Positions 14,247 through 25,000 of a DNA stretch of 44,636 nt are shown one piece after another. How positions within the stretch are numbered: position 1 is the stretch's first letter; the number at the start of each line of letters is the position of its first letter. The DNA lies in IMG/VR virus record IMGVR_UViG_3300030095_003343, positions 1-44,636 of that record; one strand, written 5' to 3'. The position numbers were made by a program, and so were the translations under genes. The stretch comes from a virus (taxonomy: Duplodnaviria; Caudoviricetes). Below the pieces are notes generated by a model. It worked only from the letters and a program-made list of their open reading frames with translations, ran no database searches and was not told where the DNA came from.

Positions 14247-15134
14247 GTGTCCACTGTGAACACTACGAATAAACACAAACTCCCCAGAGTATTTGAGAAG
14301 TTCATGAGCGAGAACGAGTACTCCAGAGGTGACTCGGATATATCGATCACCTCCCTGATTGACAGTCCTCAGGTTTTCCGACTGAGAAAGAAGCATGATT
14401 CGGATATCACGCAAGACGTTAGTGATCAAATATTTTCTATCCTTGGGACAGCCGTTCACGCTGTGCTTGAGCAAGGCTGCGATGAAGATGCAGTTGCTGA
14501 GGAGAGAATATACCTAGACCTTGATAACGAGGACGGATCTCGCCTCAAGATCTCTGGGGCTATCGACCTGCAAACGCCATGCAGGGAATGCAAGGATGGT
14601 TGGATCATCAGTGACTACAAGACATGTTCAGCCAACACTTTGATCTACGCACAGGAAGGCAAGCCTGAGTGGCACCGTCAACTGAACTGCTATGCCCAGT
14701 TAGTTGAGGAAGGGAAGGGCGAGAAGGTTTGCGGGATTGAGATCATTGCAATCTGCCGAGACTGGACAGCCGCCAGATCTAAACAAAGTGGTTACCCTGA
14801 CTCTCCGGTGGTTCGCCTGCCTATCCCCCTATGGAGCAAGGAGAGGCGCGAGGATTACATCAAAAGCAGAGTCGAGGCTCATCGGGACCAAGGGGTGTGC
14901 AGCGCACAAGACAGATGGTCGAAGCCGGGTAAGTACGCGGTCGAGCGAGAAGGGAGAGTCAGGGCAGTTCGGATACTAGACACAAGAAAGGAGGCTGAGG
15001 AATACATTTCAGACTTGAGGGGCGATGGATATTCTGTTAGTTATCGCCCTTCAACACACATCAGGTGTGAGAACAATTACTGCCAAGTGGCTGACTTCTG
15101 TGATCAATGGAAAGACATACAAGAAAGTCGGTAA
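14247..15134 (+). CDS. PD-(D/E)XK exonuclease (Cas4/RecB-like)
   Basis: GTAVHAVLE, ISGAIDL, SDYKT, QLNCY, C-terminal RCENNYCQVADFC. Confidence 0.88.
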   Translation: MSTVNTTNKHKLPRVFEKFMSENEYSRGDSDISITSLIDSPQVFRLRKKHDSDITQDVSDQIFSILGTAVHAVLEQGCDEDAVAEERIYLDLDNEDGSRLKISGAIDLQTPCRECKDGWIISDYKTCSANTLIYAQEGKPEWHRQLNCYAQLVEEGKGEKVCGIEIIAICRDWTAARSKQSGYPDSPVVRLPIPLWSKERREDYIKSRVEAHRDQGVCSAQDRWSKPGKYAVEREGRVRAVRILDTRKEAEEYISDLRGDGYSVSYRPSTHIRCENNYCQVADFCDQWKDIQESR

Positions 15135-15148
15135 GAGGAGAGTAAGAG

Positions 15149-15856
15149 ATGGCAGCAAAAAAGGCTGACGCAACAAAAGAAAATCCCACACCTAGGGAGG
15201 TATGGGAAACACTAAGCTCGATCAACGTGAACGAGCATACAGAGTCAAAGATGAACTTGACCTACTTGTCGTGGGCGTGGGCATGGAAAATCCTAAAGGA
15301 TAACTATCCGAATGCAGCGTATGCTTTTCAAGCATGGGGAGATAGTAATAGCCATGTGGATTACATGAAGTACCCCGACGAAACTGGGGCAGTTCAATGC
15401 ACCGTCTACATAGGCAATCTCGTAAAGGAATCTATGTGGTTGCCAGTGATGGATAATCGTAACAATGCCATCAAGAACCCCAATGCAAGGCAAATCTCAG
15501 ATGCTAAGATGCGATGCCTTGTTAAGTGCATCTCGATGCTTGGCCTTGGCCTGTACATTTATGCAGGTGAAGACTTGCCGGATGACCTATCGCCGGAACC
15601 GGAGAAGCAGGTTAAGCCCAGCAAGGCCGATCCTAAGCCCAAGGTTGTCGAGCAGATCCCTGAGGTTGGCGAAGAAGACAAGGTCACGCTGACCTTTGTC
15701 GAGTTTATCAAGGAAGCCGAGACGGTTGATTCACTCAAGGAATTCTTCAGGGATAACCGCGAGGTGATTGATCAAATCGAGGTCACGAAGCCCGACGAGC
15801 ATGCCCTCATCATGAAGGCTTTCTCGGCTAAGAAGAAGCAAATACTTGCCGCCTAG
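15149..15856 (+). CDS. Sak/Rad52-like single-strand annealing protein (DUF1071)
   Basis: LTYLSWAWAW, WLPVMDNRN, MRCLVKCI..GLGLYIYAGEDLP. Confidence 0.9.
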   Translation: MAAKKADATKENPTPREVWETLSSINVNEHTESKMNLTYLSWAWAWKILKDNYPNAAYAFQAWGDSNSHVDYMKYPDETGAVQCTVYIGNLVKESMWLPVMDNRNNAIKNPNARQISDAKMRCLVKCISMLGLGLYIYAGEDLPDDLSPEPEKQVKPSKADPKPKVVEQIPEVGEEDKVTLTFVEFIKEAETVDSLKEFFRDNREVIDQIEVTKPDEHALIMKAFSAKKKQILAA

Positions 15857-15888
15857 AGCGGACAAGCCAAAGCAAAGGAGTAGTACTG

Positions 15889-16176
15889 ATGGCTGATGAT
15901 TACGATAACACTCAGAATGATAGGGCTAGGTTGTTCCTTTACCCTAACAAGTTCGCTAAGAGCGACCGTCATCCTGCACTAACTGGTCCGGGTGAGATCA
16001 GTCGAGTTGCACTTAGGCGCATCGTTGACGCTGCGAAGAACTCTGAAGATGACCCGATCAAGTTGCGAGTTGCCAGTTGGGAACGTACCAGCAAGAAGGG
16101 TACCAAGTACACTTACGTCACGGTTGAGCCTGACGATAAGAGCTACCAGAAGGAAGATGAAGACGTTCCGTTTTAA
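15889..16176 (+). CDS. Putative ssDNA-binding protein
   Basis: HPALTG, VASWERTSKKGTKY, acidic DEDVPF tail; follows the exonuclease and annealing genes. Confidence 0.7.
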   Translation: MADDYDNTQNDRARLFLYPNKFAKSDRHPALTGPGEISRVALRRIVDAAKNSEDDPIKLRVASWERTSKKGTKYTYVTVEPDDKSYQKEDEDVPF

Positions 16177-16239
16177 TGATAGGATAGTGTTAGTCAGAGA
16201 GTTGCAATAAGCAGAGTGTCTGACTTATTATAAAAAAGA

Positions 16240-16272
16240 AGGGGACTGGGTTAGCCCAGTCCCCTAATTTTT
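16240..16272 (+). terminator. Rho-independent terminator (possibly bidirectional)
   Basis: AGGGGACTGGG-TTAG-CCCAGTCCCCT followed by AATTTTT and preceded by an A-run. Confidence 0.75.
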
Positions 16273-16541
16273 TGGAGAGCAATTACTTGGAAGATACAGA
16301 GTTTGACCCAGTTGATGGGCCGGATCATTATATTCGCGGTCGAATGTATGAACCAGTTAAAGTGATTGAAGACTGGGGATTGAACTATCACCTCGGCAAT
16401 GCGCTCAAGTACATAAGCAGGGCAGGCAGGAAGAACGATTCAGATCAGGACATTAGTAAAGCAATCTGGTACTTAGGGCGCTACTTAGAATTCGAGAAAG
16501 AGAAACGTGAAGAACGTCAAGCAAAACTGGAACGAACTTAA
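16272..16541 (+). CDS. DUF3310 protein (T7 gp1.7-like nucleotide kinase family)
   Basis: DPVDGPDHY, GNALKYISRAGRKN, DISKAIWYL. Confidence 0.85.
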   Translation: MESNYLEDTEFDPVDGPDHYIRGRMYEPVKVIEDWGLNYHLGNALKYISRAGRKNDSDQDISKAIWYLGRYLEFEKEKREERQAKLERT

Positions 16542-16755
16542 CTACACAAACATATCGTTCACACCACAGATATCCAACATGACTCCGAGGGATATTAAGT
16601 TCTTTAGGAACGGATTCGAGTCCGCTTTCAAGTTGTTAAGTGAGTACGTCGAGGATGGAGTGGATATGGATACGGCAAGAGAGAACGTCGAGAAGATAAT
16701 GAGTATTGAAGTTGTTGATGTTGCCAAGGTGACTAACGTCAAGGAGAAGAGATAG
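16507..16755 (+). CDS. Hypothetical protein (start uncertain)
   Basis: ORF track; fills the space up to the convergent late operon. Confidence 0.5.
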   Translation: MKNVKQNWNELNYTNISFTPQISNMTPRDIKFFRNGFESAFKLLSEYVEDGVDMDTARENVEKIMSIEVVDVAKVTNVKEKR

Positions 16756-16927
16756 AACCACAGTATCTCTCAATTTCAGAAACCCATATCTCAAGATCCA
16801 CAAAGCTGTTACTCAGGATAATAATCTCTAAATCCCTCACCGCATCCCTGCTGATGGCAGGGCACGGTGGGGGATTTTTTAGTTTATGGCTTACGCACCC
16901 TAGACTTAAGGCGAGCAATAAGATCAT
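16739..16927 (-). CDS. Putative o-spanin (Rz1-like) lipoprotein
   Basis: MILLLALSLG-C lipobox, PPPCP, second Cys; overlaps the upstream TM gene. Confidence 0.55.
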   Translation of the reverse strand: MILLLALSLGCVSHKLKNPPPCPAISRDAVRDLEIIILSNSFVDLEIWVSEIERYCGSISSP

Positions 16928-17105
16928 TGCCACGGGCAAGCGGACGAGACATGCCAACCTGCATTCTCTTAACAATCTCAAGTTTCTTCTCAGCACTGCT
17001 CGCCCTCCTGTAGGCATCCGAAGCTACGCCAGCAAGGTAGACCAAGAAGAATACCAACAGGCAAACAAAGAATAGAACGCATCCTATAACTAGTAATGAA
17101 TTCAT
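16884..17105 (-). CDS. Putative i-spanin (Rz-like) membrane protein
   Basis: N-terminal TM helix then basic helical tail; lies between holin-like and lipoprotein genes. Confidence 0.5.
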   Translation of the reverse strand: MNSLLVIGCVLFFVCLLVFFLVYLAGVASDAYRRASSAEKKLEIVKRMQVGMSRPLARGNDLIARLKSRVRKP

Positions 17106-17117
17106 AACATCTAAAAC

Positions 17118-17300
17118 CTATTCACTGTTCTTGGCATTCCCCAGATTGAGTGCCAGTACATCGACAACCTTTCTGATCTGAGCAATCACCCCCGATGCAG
17201 CGGAAGCCTTCGGGAAGAGTGCGGCCACTGCGGCAGCGACAGACACTACTGTTGTCAACACGTTGAAGATCCCACTTACGTTCTGAGCTATCCATTCCAT
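17118..17300 (-). CDS. Putative holin, 60 aa
   Basis: MEWI...VVSVAAAVAALFP...KVVDVLALNLGNAKN, a small phage holin-like pattern. Confidence 0.6.
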   Translation of the reverse strand: MEWIAQNVSGIFNVLTTVVSVAAAVAALFPKASAASGVIAQIRKVVDVLALNLGNAKNSE

Positions 17301-17309
17301 TTTTTAATC

Positions 17310-17750
17310 CTATTCAAAGGGGAAGTTCTTTGATGCATCGCTCCCACCCCCCTCCATGAAAGCGTCAATAATTTCACCATAGGCAGTCCAGTATACCGGA
17401 CCATGCTCTGGCCTATCAAACTCAACCCTTGCGGGGGGCCACAGGTAAGCATGCGTGTACTCATGAAGGACCGTCTCGATAGCTTGAGATATCTGTAGAC
17501 AGTTTTTCATAGAGATATGTATGACGAACCTATTCCTCTCCCTGTATGTCACCCCGTACCATCCCCTGGATAGCTTGGTTGCATTCCCTGCCTCTGCGGG
17601 CGCATAGTCAGGGAACCTAACAACGCACAACTTTCCGCAAGGCCAAAGAGACTCAGCCCATTTCAATACCTGGGTGCATCTCTCCTTGCGATTCAACCTA
17701 GGCATTGATTGTTTGAACTTTATCCACGGTAGAAGTCTCGTGATTAACAA
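17310..17750 (-). CDS. SprT-like zinc metallopeptidase
   Basis: ETVLHEYTHA...EHGPVYW; true start probably near MPRLN (about 17705). Confidence 0.7.
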   Translation of the reverse strand: MLITRLLPWIKFKQSMPRLNRKERCTQVLKWAESLWPCGKLCVVRFPDYAPAEAGNATKLSRGWYGVTYRERNRFVIHISMKNCLQISQAIETVLHEYTHAYLWPPARVEFDRPEHGPVYWTAYGEIIDAFMEGGGSDASKNFPFE

Positions 17751-18807
17751 ATATCAATTGCTGGCTAGGAGGTTCCGGCCTAAAGCCTGAATCATTTGCG
17801 TAACCGTTATGCCCTACGGTGCTTCCGTTGCTGACGTGAGAGAAGAACGGTGAGGAAATAACATTAGATGAATGGTAATGGCCCTGGATCCAGAGGTTGA
17901 AGTCGTAGATCTTCTGCTGCTGGACTAGCCACGCCCATCGCGGCACCATCGCCCCGGCTGCGTTCTCTTTCATAGCCGCCCCCCTAGCGTGACCGTGGTG
18001 AGTCAGGGTGACGAAGTCCCCCACGCGCACAGGCGTGTAGTAAGTCCTAGCTATATGCCAATCAGGCTCAGGGTAAACCTGAGATAATCTATGATAGATA
18101 GCGGTGTCGTAGCTTCTGTCAGAAGACATCCCCATCTGCATTTGCTCGGTGTCTCTGTCATGGTTAGACACGTCTCCAGTAATTGTGACTGAGTCGCATG
18201 GTTGCTTGGGTAGCAATCGTCCAAGCTCTTCATGGAGCATTGAGTAAACAATCTCCATCTCCACCAATGGCTCATGCGGCGTGCTTCTCTCCATCTTGTA
18301 GTGAAGATCGGCATTAACCATGAAGTCGCCAAGCAATGCTATGTGAAGATGAAATAGATCAGATTGCTTCGCCTCTGCCTTTAACGAGGAAAGAGCCTGA
18401 TCCAGTACGGATCGGACTCTCTCTCTGCCTATCTCTTCATTGTGTTCATTAAGATTACATGTCGTCTTGGGGTTAACTAACTCCGTAAGATGTATGTCCG
18501 ACAAGGCTATGATCGCGCTCTTGTGAACCTTGCCTTTTCTCCGGGGGACTTTCTTTTTCTTCGGATCAGCTAATGACTTTAAGTTCTCCAGAGCGTTGAC
18601 CCTATCTCTTAGGAACTCGTTCTCCTTATCTATTTGCTTGAGGTAAGTCTTCATCCTCCTTATCTCAAGTCTCTCCTTGGAATTAAAAAAGGCACGCAAC
18701 CCACTAACCCCGTTGCTACTAAGGACATCACTTGCTTCTTGCTGAAGCGATTCGGCCTGCTCAAGTATCTCTTCTACTTGATCAAGTTCGCTCTTTTTCT
18801 TCGACAT
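17698..18807 (-). CDS. Calcineurin-like metallophosphoesterase with N-terminal coiled coil
   Basis: LSDIH, LGDF, SNHDR, HHGH, GHYH motifs. Confidence 0.85.
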   Translation of the reverse strand: MSKKKSELDQVEEILEQAESLQQEASDVLSSNGVSGLRAFFNSKERLEIRRMKTYLKQIDKENEFLRDRVNALENLKSLADPKKKKVPRRKGKVHKSAIIALSDIHLTELVNPKTTCNLNEHNEEIGRERVRSVLDQALSSLKAEAKQSDLFHLHIALLGDFMVNADLHYKMERSTPHEPLVEMEIVYSMLHEELGRLLPKQPCDSVTITGDVSNHDRDTEQMQMGMSSDRSYDTAIYHRLSQVYPEPDWHIARTYYTPVRVGDFVTLTHHGHARGAAMKENAAGAMVPRWAWLVQQQKIYDFNLWIQGHYHSSNVISSPFFSHVSNGSTVGHNGYANDSGFRPEPPSQQLIFVNHETSTVDKVQTINA

Positions 18808-19048
18808 ATCTTCTCAACGCCACACGGACAGTAGTGATAGAACCGGGAGGCCCGCCTAGTACTTCCTGGCATTTACTAATAACATGCGCCAAAGGAAGAC
18901 CCCTAAGCACTGACTGTTTCACAGTCTCGATGAAGACACCCCCTTCGTCTGGGTTCTCATCAATCCACTTGTCTACCTTGTTTTTTCGCACAGCTCTAGA
19001 TTCTACACTAGCAATGATGTCATCAACGCTAGGTATCTTCTTCCCCAA
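18782..19048 (-). CDS. Hypothetical protein, 88 aa
   Basis: ORF track; coupled between the giant gene and the phosphoesterase. Confidence 0.6.
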   Translation of the reverse strand: MGKKIPSVDDIIASVESRAVRKNKVDKWIDENPDEGGVFIETVKQSVLRGLPLAHVISKCQEVLGGPPGSITTVRVALRRYVEEKERT

Positions 19049-19051
19049 GCT

Positions 19052-22000
19052 TTACCCCTGACCACCAAATGACTTCGGCATTCTTGAGAAAATTCTTATC
19101 TCTCTCCTGCGGAGGTTTCGCAGACGCTCACCCTTCTCTTCCCTGGAAAGACCAGACACTCGTATAAGCTCCCTTTGAGCCCTAATAACCTTCAGAGCCT
19201 TGTCTACTTCCCTAACGTAGGATCTAGCCCTGAGTGCTTCAGAGTTTTCTCTCCGATACTCATTCACCCTTGAAGGGTCGCGAGTCTTTAATTTGTTAAC
19301 CGTAGTAACTACGCGGGAAACTTCATCTTTCATACGGTAGTAATCCTCCGCATAACCTCTGCCAAGGTTATTAGCTAGGAACCGTCTGAAGAAAGGCTTT
19401 TGACTAACAAGCTCCCCAACATTGTCAGTCAGACCAAAAGCTGGCCTATTAATAACAATGTCAGTAACCAAGTCTATGTAGTTCCAGCCTGACCCAATGT
19501 ATCCTCTCATCAGATTGTCTATCTCAAGAGGAGATATCCCAGCCCACTCGGGCAACAGATTGCCGGTAACCCTAGCAAGAGCCGAGGTGCTTCCCCTGTA
19601 CTGCTGCGCCTGATCCATCTTCTCCATATAAAAGGGAACGATGGGCTGACCAGTGAAGAAGTTGTAGTTGGTTGTCTGCTCGACTAAGGGTCGAATAGCT
19701 TGAGGGAGCGGGTTAAATGCCAAGGTGTTGGCAATGGAGTGACGCACCGCTCGCAGTCCTTCACCAGTAGACTCTCCAAGTGCTAGGCGAACTAGCTGCT
19801 CAGGAAGAACCTTGAGAAGAATGCCCGCCTCGAATGGAATAGGGATGGCTGCGTACTTATTATCCTCTGTAGCAAGCGGACCAAGAGATATTAACCAGTT
19901 ATCATTCCGCCGGTACTCCGCTTGGTTCTCGAAATCATCGTCGTCTATCCCGTGCATGAGGGAGTAGAGGACGCCAGCCCCGAATACCAAAGAAGCACGA
20001 TGCATCAATGCTCTTTTTGCTTCATCAGGATCCACGCCCAGAGTGTTCTCACCGTTGTATGCGTTTCGGTAAAGGACATCCATGCCCTGGATGCGGGCGT
20101 TAAGGAACGGGATCGTCGCAGTCAAGAACCTCAACATCGGAGAGTTGCCCCTCCGGCTGAAGTTTAAAACTTCCATTGCCTGAAACGCGGCCTGACCTGT
20201 GGCGTGAGTATCAGCGTACTGAGTTAGGGCTTCACCAGTGAGACCTTTTTCTTTACCTTGCTTTCTAAACCTAATCAGCTCGCGATCATAAGTCCTCTCG
20301 AATACACGCTGACGAGCAGACGACTCAGAGAAGTTTCCTACGTCGCCAAGGAGATCCCAAGTCTTAGTCAGGATTTCAGGTACAGAACCAGCGGAAGAGA
20401 TCTTGCGACTGAATCGTTTTTCAATACCTCTGAGATCCACATCTTTAAGCTCTAGCCCACCGACAGCCCCGGCTTTAGTTAGCCTTTGCTGAGTAGACTT
20501 TCCGCCCTCTTCTCTAGCCATAGTGTCATTGAAGATTCTTTTAATAGAATCAGTCGTTGCACTAATTGGATTACTGCTGGTCCCGTGCGTTAGCCAACTC
20601 AGAATTGCATCGCGAGTAGTATTCGCAAGCAGGAAGTCAGGCATTCTAGTCACGCCCTCACGAAGGATCTTTGCTGGCAACGCAAACACCTTAGTGATCC
20701 CCTCAAGTGGACCCTGCCCGTCAAATGATCCAACCATCACATCGTGAAGGAAGGGATCTTTGACGTAGTACCTAACAGTCTTTCCATTCTCATAAACACT
20801 AACAGCACTATGCTCAACTTTGCGATCAGCGAAGTTAGTCTCATCGAGACGCCTTGCATCACCAGTCACAACCATGTTCCTAAGGAACCTACTGGATGCC
20901 ACGTTCTTCATACCCTCATTGATGAGAGCCATCGAGTTCTTGATGGTGGACTCAATCGGATCGTCGAGGTTGCCCTCATCGAAGCCGCGGTACTTCTTGG
21001 ACGGGCGCTTGGGCAACATGCTGTTAAGCATCTTGAAGTCGTCTTCAGAGTTGGAGGCTCTTCTAAACTTCTCCCTAAGTTCACCCTCCATCTCGCCGGT
21101 TGTATCCAGGTAGAACGGAACGTAGTCAGCGTACTCAAGCCAAATCTCTGCTTGTTGATCGTTCAAGACGCCAGTCTTTACAGAGAAGTCAACCAAGGAC
21201 TTATTCCACTTTTGAAGGTTCGCAAAGGCAATGGCAATCTCAGGATTGTCATAACCAATCTGTAGGGCGTTATCCATGTTCTCGCCCTTGAACTGATTAG
21301 GGACAGGCTTGCCCTGCTTATCAAGCCTGTAAGCACGAACAGCCCTACCGTAGGTAAAGAACTTCTCAACATTGGAGCTGTTCATCCTAGATATGGCACT
21401 CAGGATCTTTATAAGTCCCCCATTCCCTTCATACACTCCAGGCTTTTCTACTCGCCTTCTAACAACTCCCTCCCCAGGGACAAAGATGAGCGCATCATCA
21501 GCATAGTTTTCAAGGCCCATGTCATTCACCATGACCGTGCCGTCCATCCAGTCACCACCCTCAATAGTGGTGAAGTCGATGGTTCCGTACTTGAGCATTG
21601 CCTCAAGGAATGCACCAGCCCGATCCTTCAACATCATCATCGCATATGCCGAAGTGGAAGCCATCTCAGGGATAGTCAGGCCAAGCTTTCCTTCCTTGCG
21701 GAGCTTGGCTGCGGCAGCTTTCTCATTCCTGAAAATGGCATCATACTTATCGATGTACTGATAACGGAATTCTTCCCAGAATGGAACATCTTGATAGGTT
21801 CGGAATGCGCTTGTTATGGAGTCTAAGAAGGATTGCTTATTCCCCCTCTGCCTCATACCACCCGGACTCATGTAGGCATCAATTGCCTTCTGTTCTCCAG
21901 CAGAAGAAACAGCAGCAAGGCGACTGGCAGCACGCCTACCTGTAAATGGACTGCCGAAGGATTCATTGACATCGTAGAAGTCTCTGACCGATTCGGGCTC

Positions 22001-25000
22001 TGCGGCTATGCCTTCACGGGGGCCAGATGCGAAACTCCCGTCCGGTGAATTCGCAGAGTAATTTTCATTAGCGTAAGCAGTAGTTACGGTGTAACGAGGG
22101 CCAGACAAATACTCAGTTGGGGTATCGGAATACTGCATAACAACAACAGCCGGTGAATCAAAACCCTCACCCTCCCAAAAGAATTTAACCTTCTTACCCC
22201 AAGGATCATAATGAGCAGAGATCTCCCCTGAAGAAAGATCTTTTGGTGAGTTCTTTAACTGCCGAAAGAAGCCCGAAAGAAACTCTTCAGAATTAGCGTA
22301 TGGAGTATTCCTTTCAATGTCAGCATCATGCCTCTCGATGTGCCTCTCACCAAACAAATCAGCAGAGCCAGCGGGAATAAACACCGGTATACCGACGCGC
22401 TTATTGCCTGTAAACTTGCCAACAGGAGATATGCTGACATTACCCCAGGTTAACGCTTTCAATATTTGATTAGGATTGCGTCCTTCTGGAACTGCGTTGT
22501 ACGGAGGAAGGGTGGGCTTGTCCTTATCCAAAGGACTAGCCATGTTGTCCTGAGCTGGATCACGCTTGAACTTCTGCCTTGTCAGACTTTTCCTGCCAGT
22601 CTTAAGATCAGTGCTGGCAGTGGGGGCTTCGGCGCGGTTGGCCTGATCAATCAAATCAAGGTCATCTCCGCTTGGCGCGTCATACATAACTTTTTCGGTT
22701 TCAGCATCTAACTTGATGTAAGCAACGTCAGCTTCGGGGAACGCCTTGCGGAGTTTTTGCAGCTCTTCAAAATTGCCGCCGCTCCAAAAATCTTGGTTGT
22801 AGTAAATAGTTTTAACGTTGCGGGCGTTGCCTCGGACAACCAACGATTCAGGAGTTGACATGTTATCGTCAAGATATCGAAGATCCTCACCAAACCCAGT
22901 TGGATCCATTTCAAGGATAAAACCTTCTTCGGGATCAAACGGGTTGCCGCGCACGCCACCACGTTTACCTTCAAAATCATCTGCTGATTGTCCTGATCGG
23001 TACACAGCTTCGGGAGACCAGACAACTTCTGTATCTTCAATTGCGTCAGACTTCAAACGAAAGCGAGGGGTGGGGGCTTCGGCGCGGGTGGTGCGTTCCA
23101 TTACCTTGATACGGTTTTCCCTACCGACAACTTCAAAGCCCCTGCGAGAGAGAGCGGCCTCAGATACATCTGAAGTTACGGAGAGTCTCATCGTCGCATC
23201 TGGATTGAAATCCAAATACTCATCGAACCCAGCAATCCCGTCATCGATAAGGCTTCTGCCTACGCCTGAACCTTGGTGTTCCGGGGCAACTACAACATCA
23301 AACTGGTAATTGTCGCCATCGAATGACCTCCACTGCGCCCCGATCACCTCACCATTTTCGTCCCTCACTACGGAGGACAGATCCCGATCTCTGGTGATGC
23401 CCATATCCGCCTCTCTGGCAAGGGCATGGGCAGCAGCACCGACTGCCTCGTCCGAAAATTCCCCGTATTCGTCAAGGACAGATTCTACGGGGCGACCCGT
23501 AACCTCGTCGGCGGCGCGTCTCCGAGACCTAGCAGCCCTGCCTGTAGCAGCCTCGGCTTGACCTTCGACTCCACCTTCTTCCGCATTAACGGACTGGTCA
23601 ACTCCAGCTAGAAGAGCTGCCAATTCAGCGGTCGGAGCAACGGCACCAGTTCTTTCGAGAGCCCTAACAGTAGAGGGCTGGAGAGTCTGATCCACATACG
23701 CTGCCTTAGTGATTTTAGCAATGAGCCGTTTGTACTCATCCTGATGGCGGCGCTTCTTGTAGTAAGCGTCACGCATCATGTCTCGCTCAAGGCGCTGGTA
23801 AAAAGTGTCACCATAAAGAATCTGGAAGACTTCATCAGAAGATCGGAACCCAGCCCCTCGGAAAGCATTCCCGGTATTAACTATGGCTCGACCCATCTTC
23901 TGAAAGATGTTCGCAGGCTTACCTGAGATGTTTCTCTTGTCGGCACCAAAGTCCTGAGCCATAAAGGCAATGGCTTCTTCGATGTAGTCATCCCTGATCC
24001 AACTTTCTGCTTCGCCCTGTTTCTTGTAAAACACATCAGCTAGCTGCTGGTAAGTAAAGTCAGACGGTAAAGCATTAAGGCCATTATCATTTAAGTAATC
24101 TCTAATCGCCTCAGGCGGAGCTTGGTTGAGCCCATTGAGAACGGACGGCTTTATCGGAGTGCGAGCAGCGGCACGCGCAAGCACGTTGCGCTCACCCCTG
24201 GTAACGAGACCGGACCTTTCTGCCCAATGGTAAAGCTCATGATCAACAAGCTTATTAGCCTCAGCAACCTTTTCCTCAAACGATAAACCGGGAGCATTTA
24301 AAGAGGGTGCGTCTAGAGCAATCTTAATAATTCCAGAAATGGGCTCATATCTAGCGTCACCACCAGTACCCGGTATTTCCTTCCCATTTTCATCAGTCTC
24401 GACAAGAGTATTAACTAACTCAATCCTGAATGAGTCAAGTCCCCTGTCTTTACCGAGGTACTTCTTAACCTCTTTCCCTAAATCCTCAGACGCGCTGCCT
24501 GACTCAGCGGGGACATCTTCGCTGATCGGGAACTTCTTCTCGGCAAAAGCAACCGGGTCTTCTCTGAGTTCAGCAAGATCCTTGGCACTAAGACCAAGAC
24601 CTTCCTCAAGAGAGCCATCTTCCGAGACTCGCCTGCCGAAAGACTCAGCACCTCCAGAAGCCTTGTCTCTGAGTCTCTGGGCTTCCGCATTAGCCTCGGC
24701 TTCCGTGAGTATCCCGTCATTCTTCTTTACCGGAACATCCCTAGCCCTAGTCTTCTTCCCACTCTCTAGACCAGTTTCATACTCAACGACTCTGAAGATA
24801 TCGTCCTTGCTGGGGACACTACTTACATTCTTCTGGCCTCCTTTTTTGCGGCGCTTGATAGCCCGACTAGCCTCAGCAGGAGTCTTGTGGTAGGAGAGGA
24901 TGCCACCATCCCTATCCTTGACTACCCATTCCTTGCTCTTCTTGACTTCGTACTCGTATTCGCTGACAAGTTCAGGCTCTCCCTTGGGGCCAAAGGCAGC

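Noticed and set aside
14247-15134. Cas4 as evidence of a CRISPR system
   Set aside because: It sits in an exonuclease / annealing protein / SSB operon, the normal phage recombination context.
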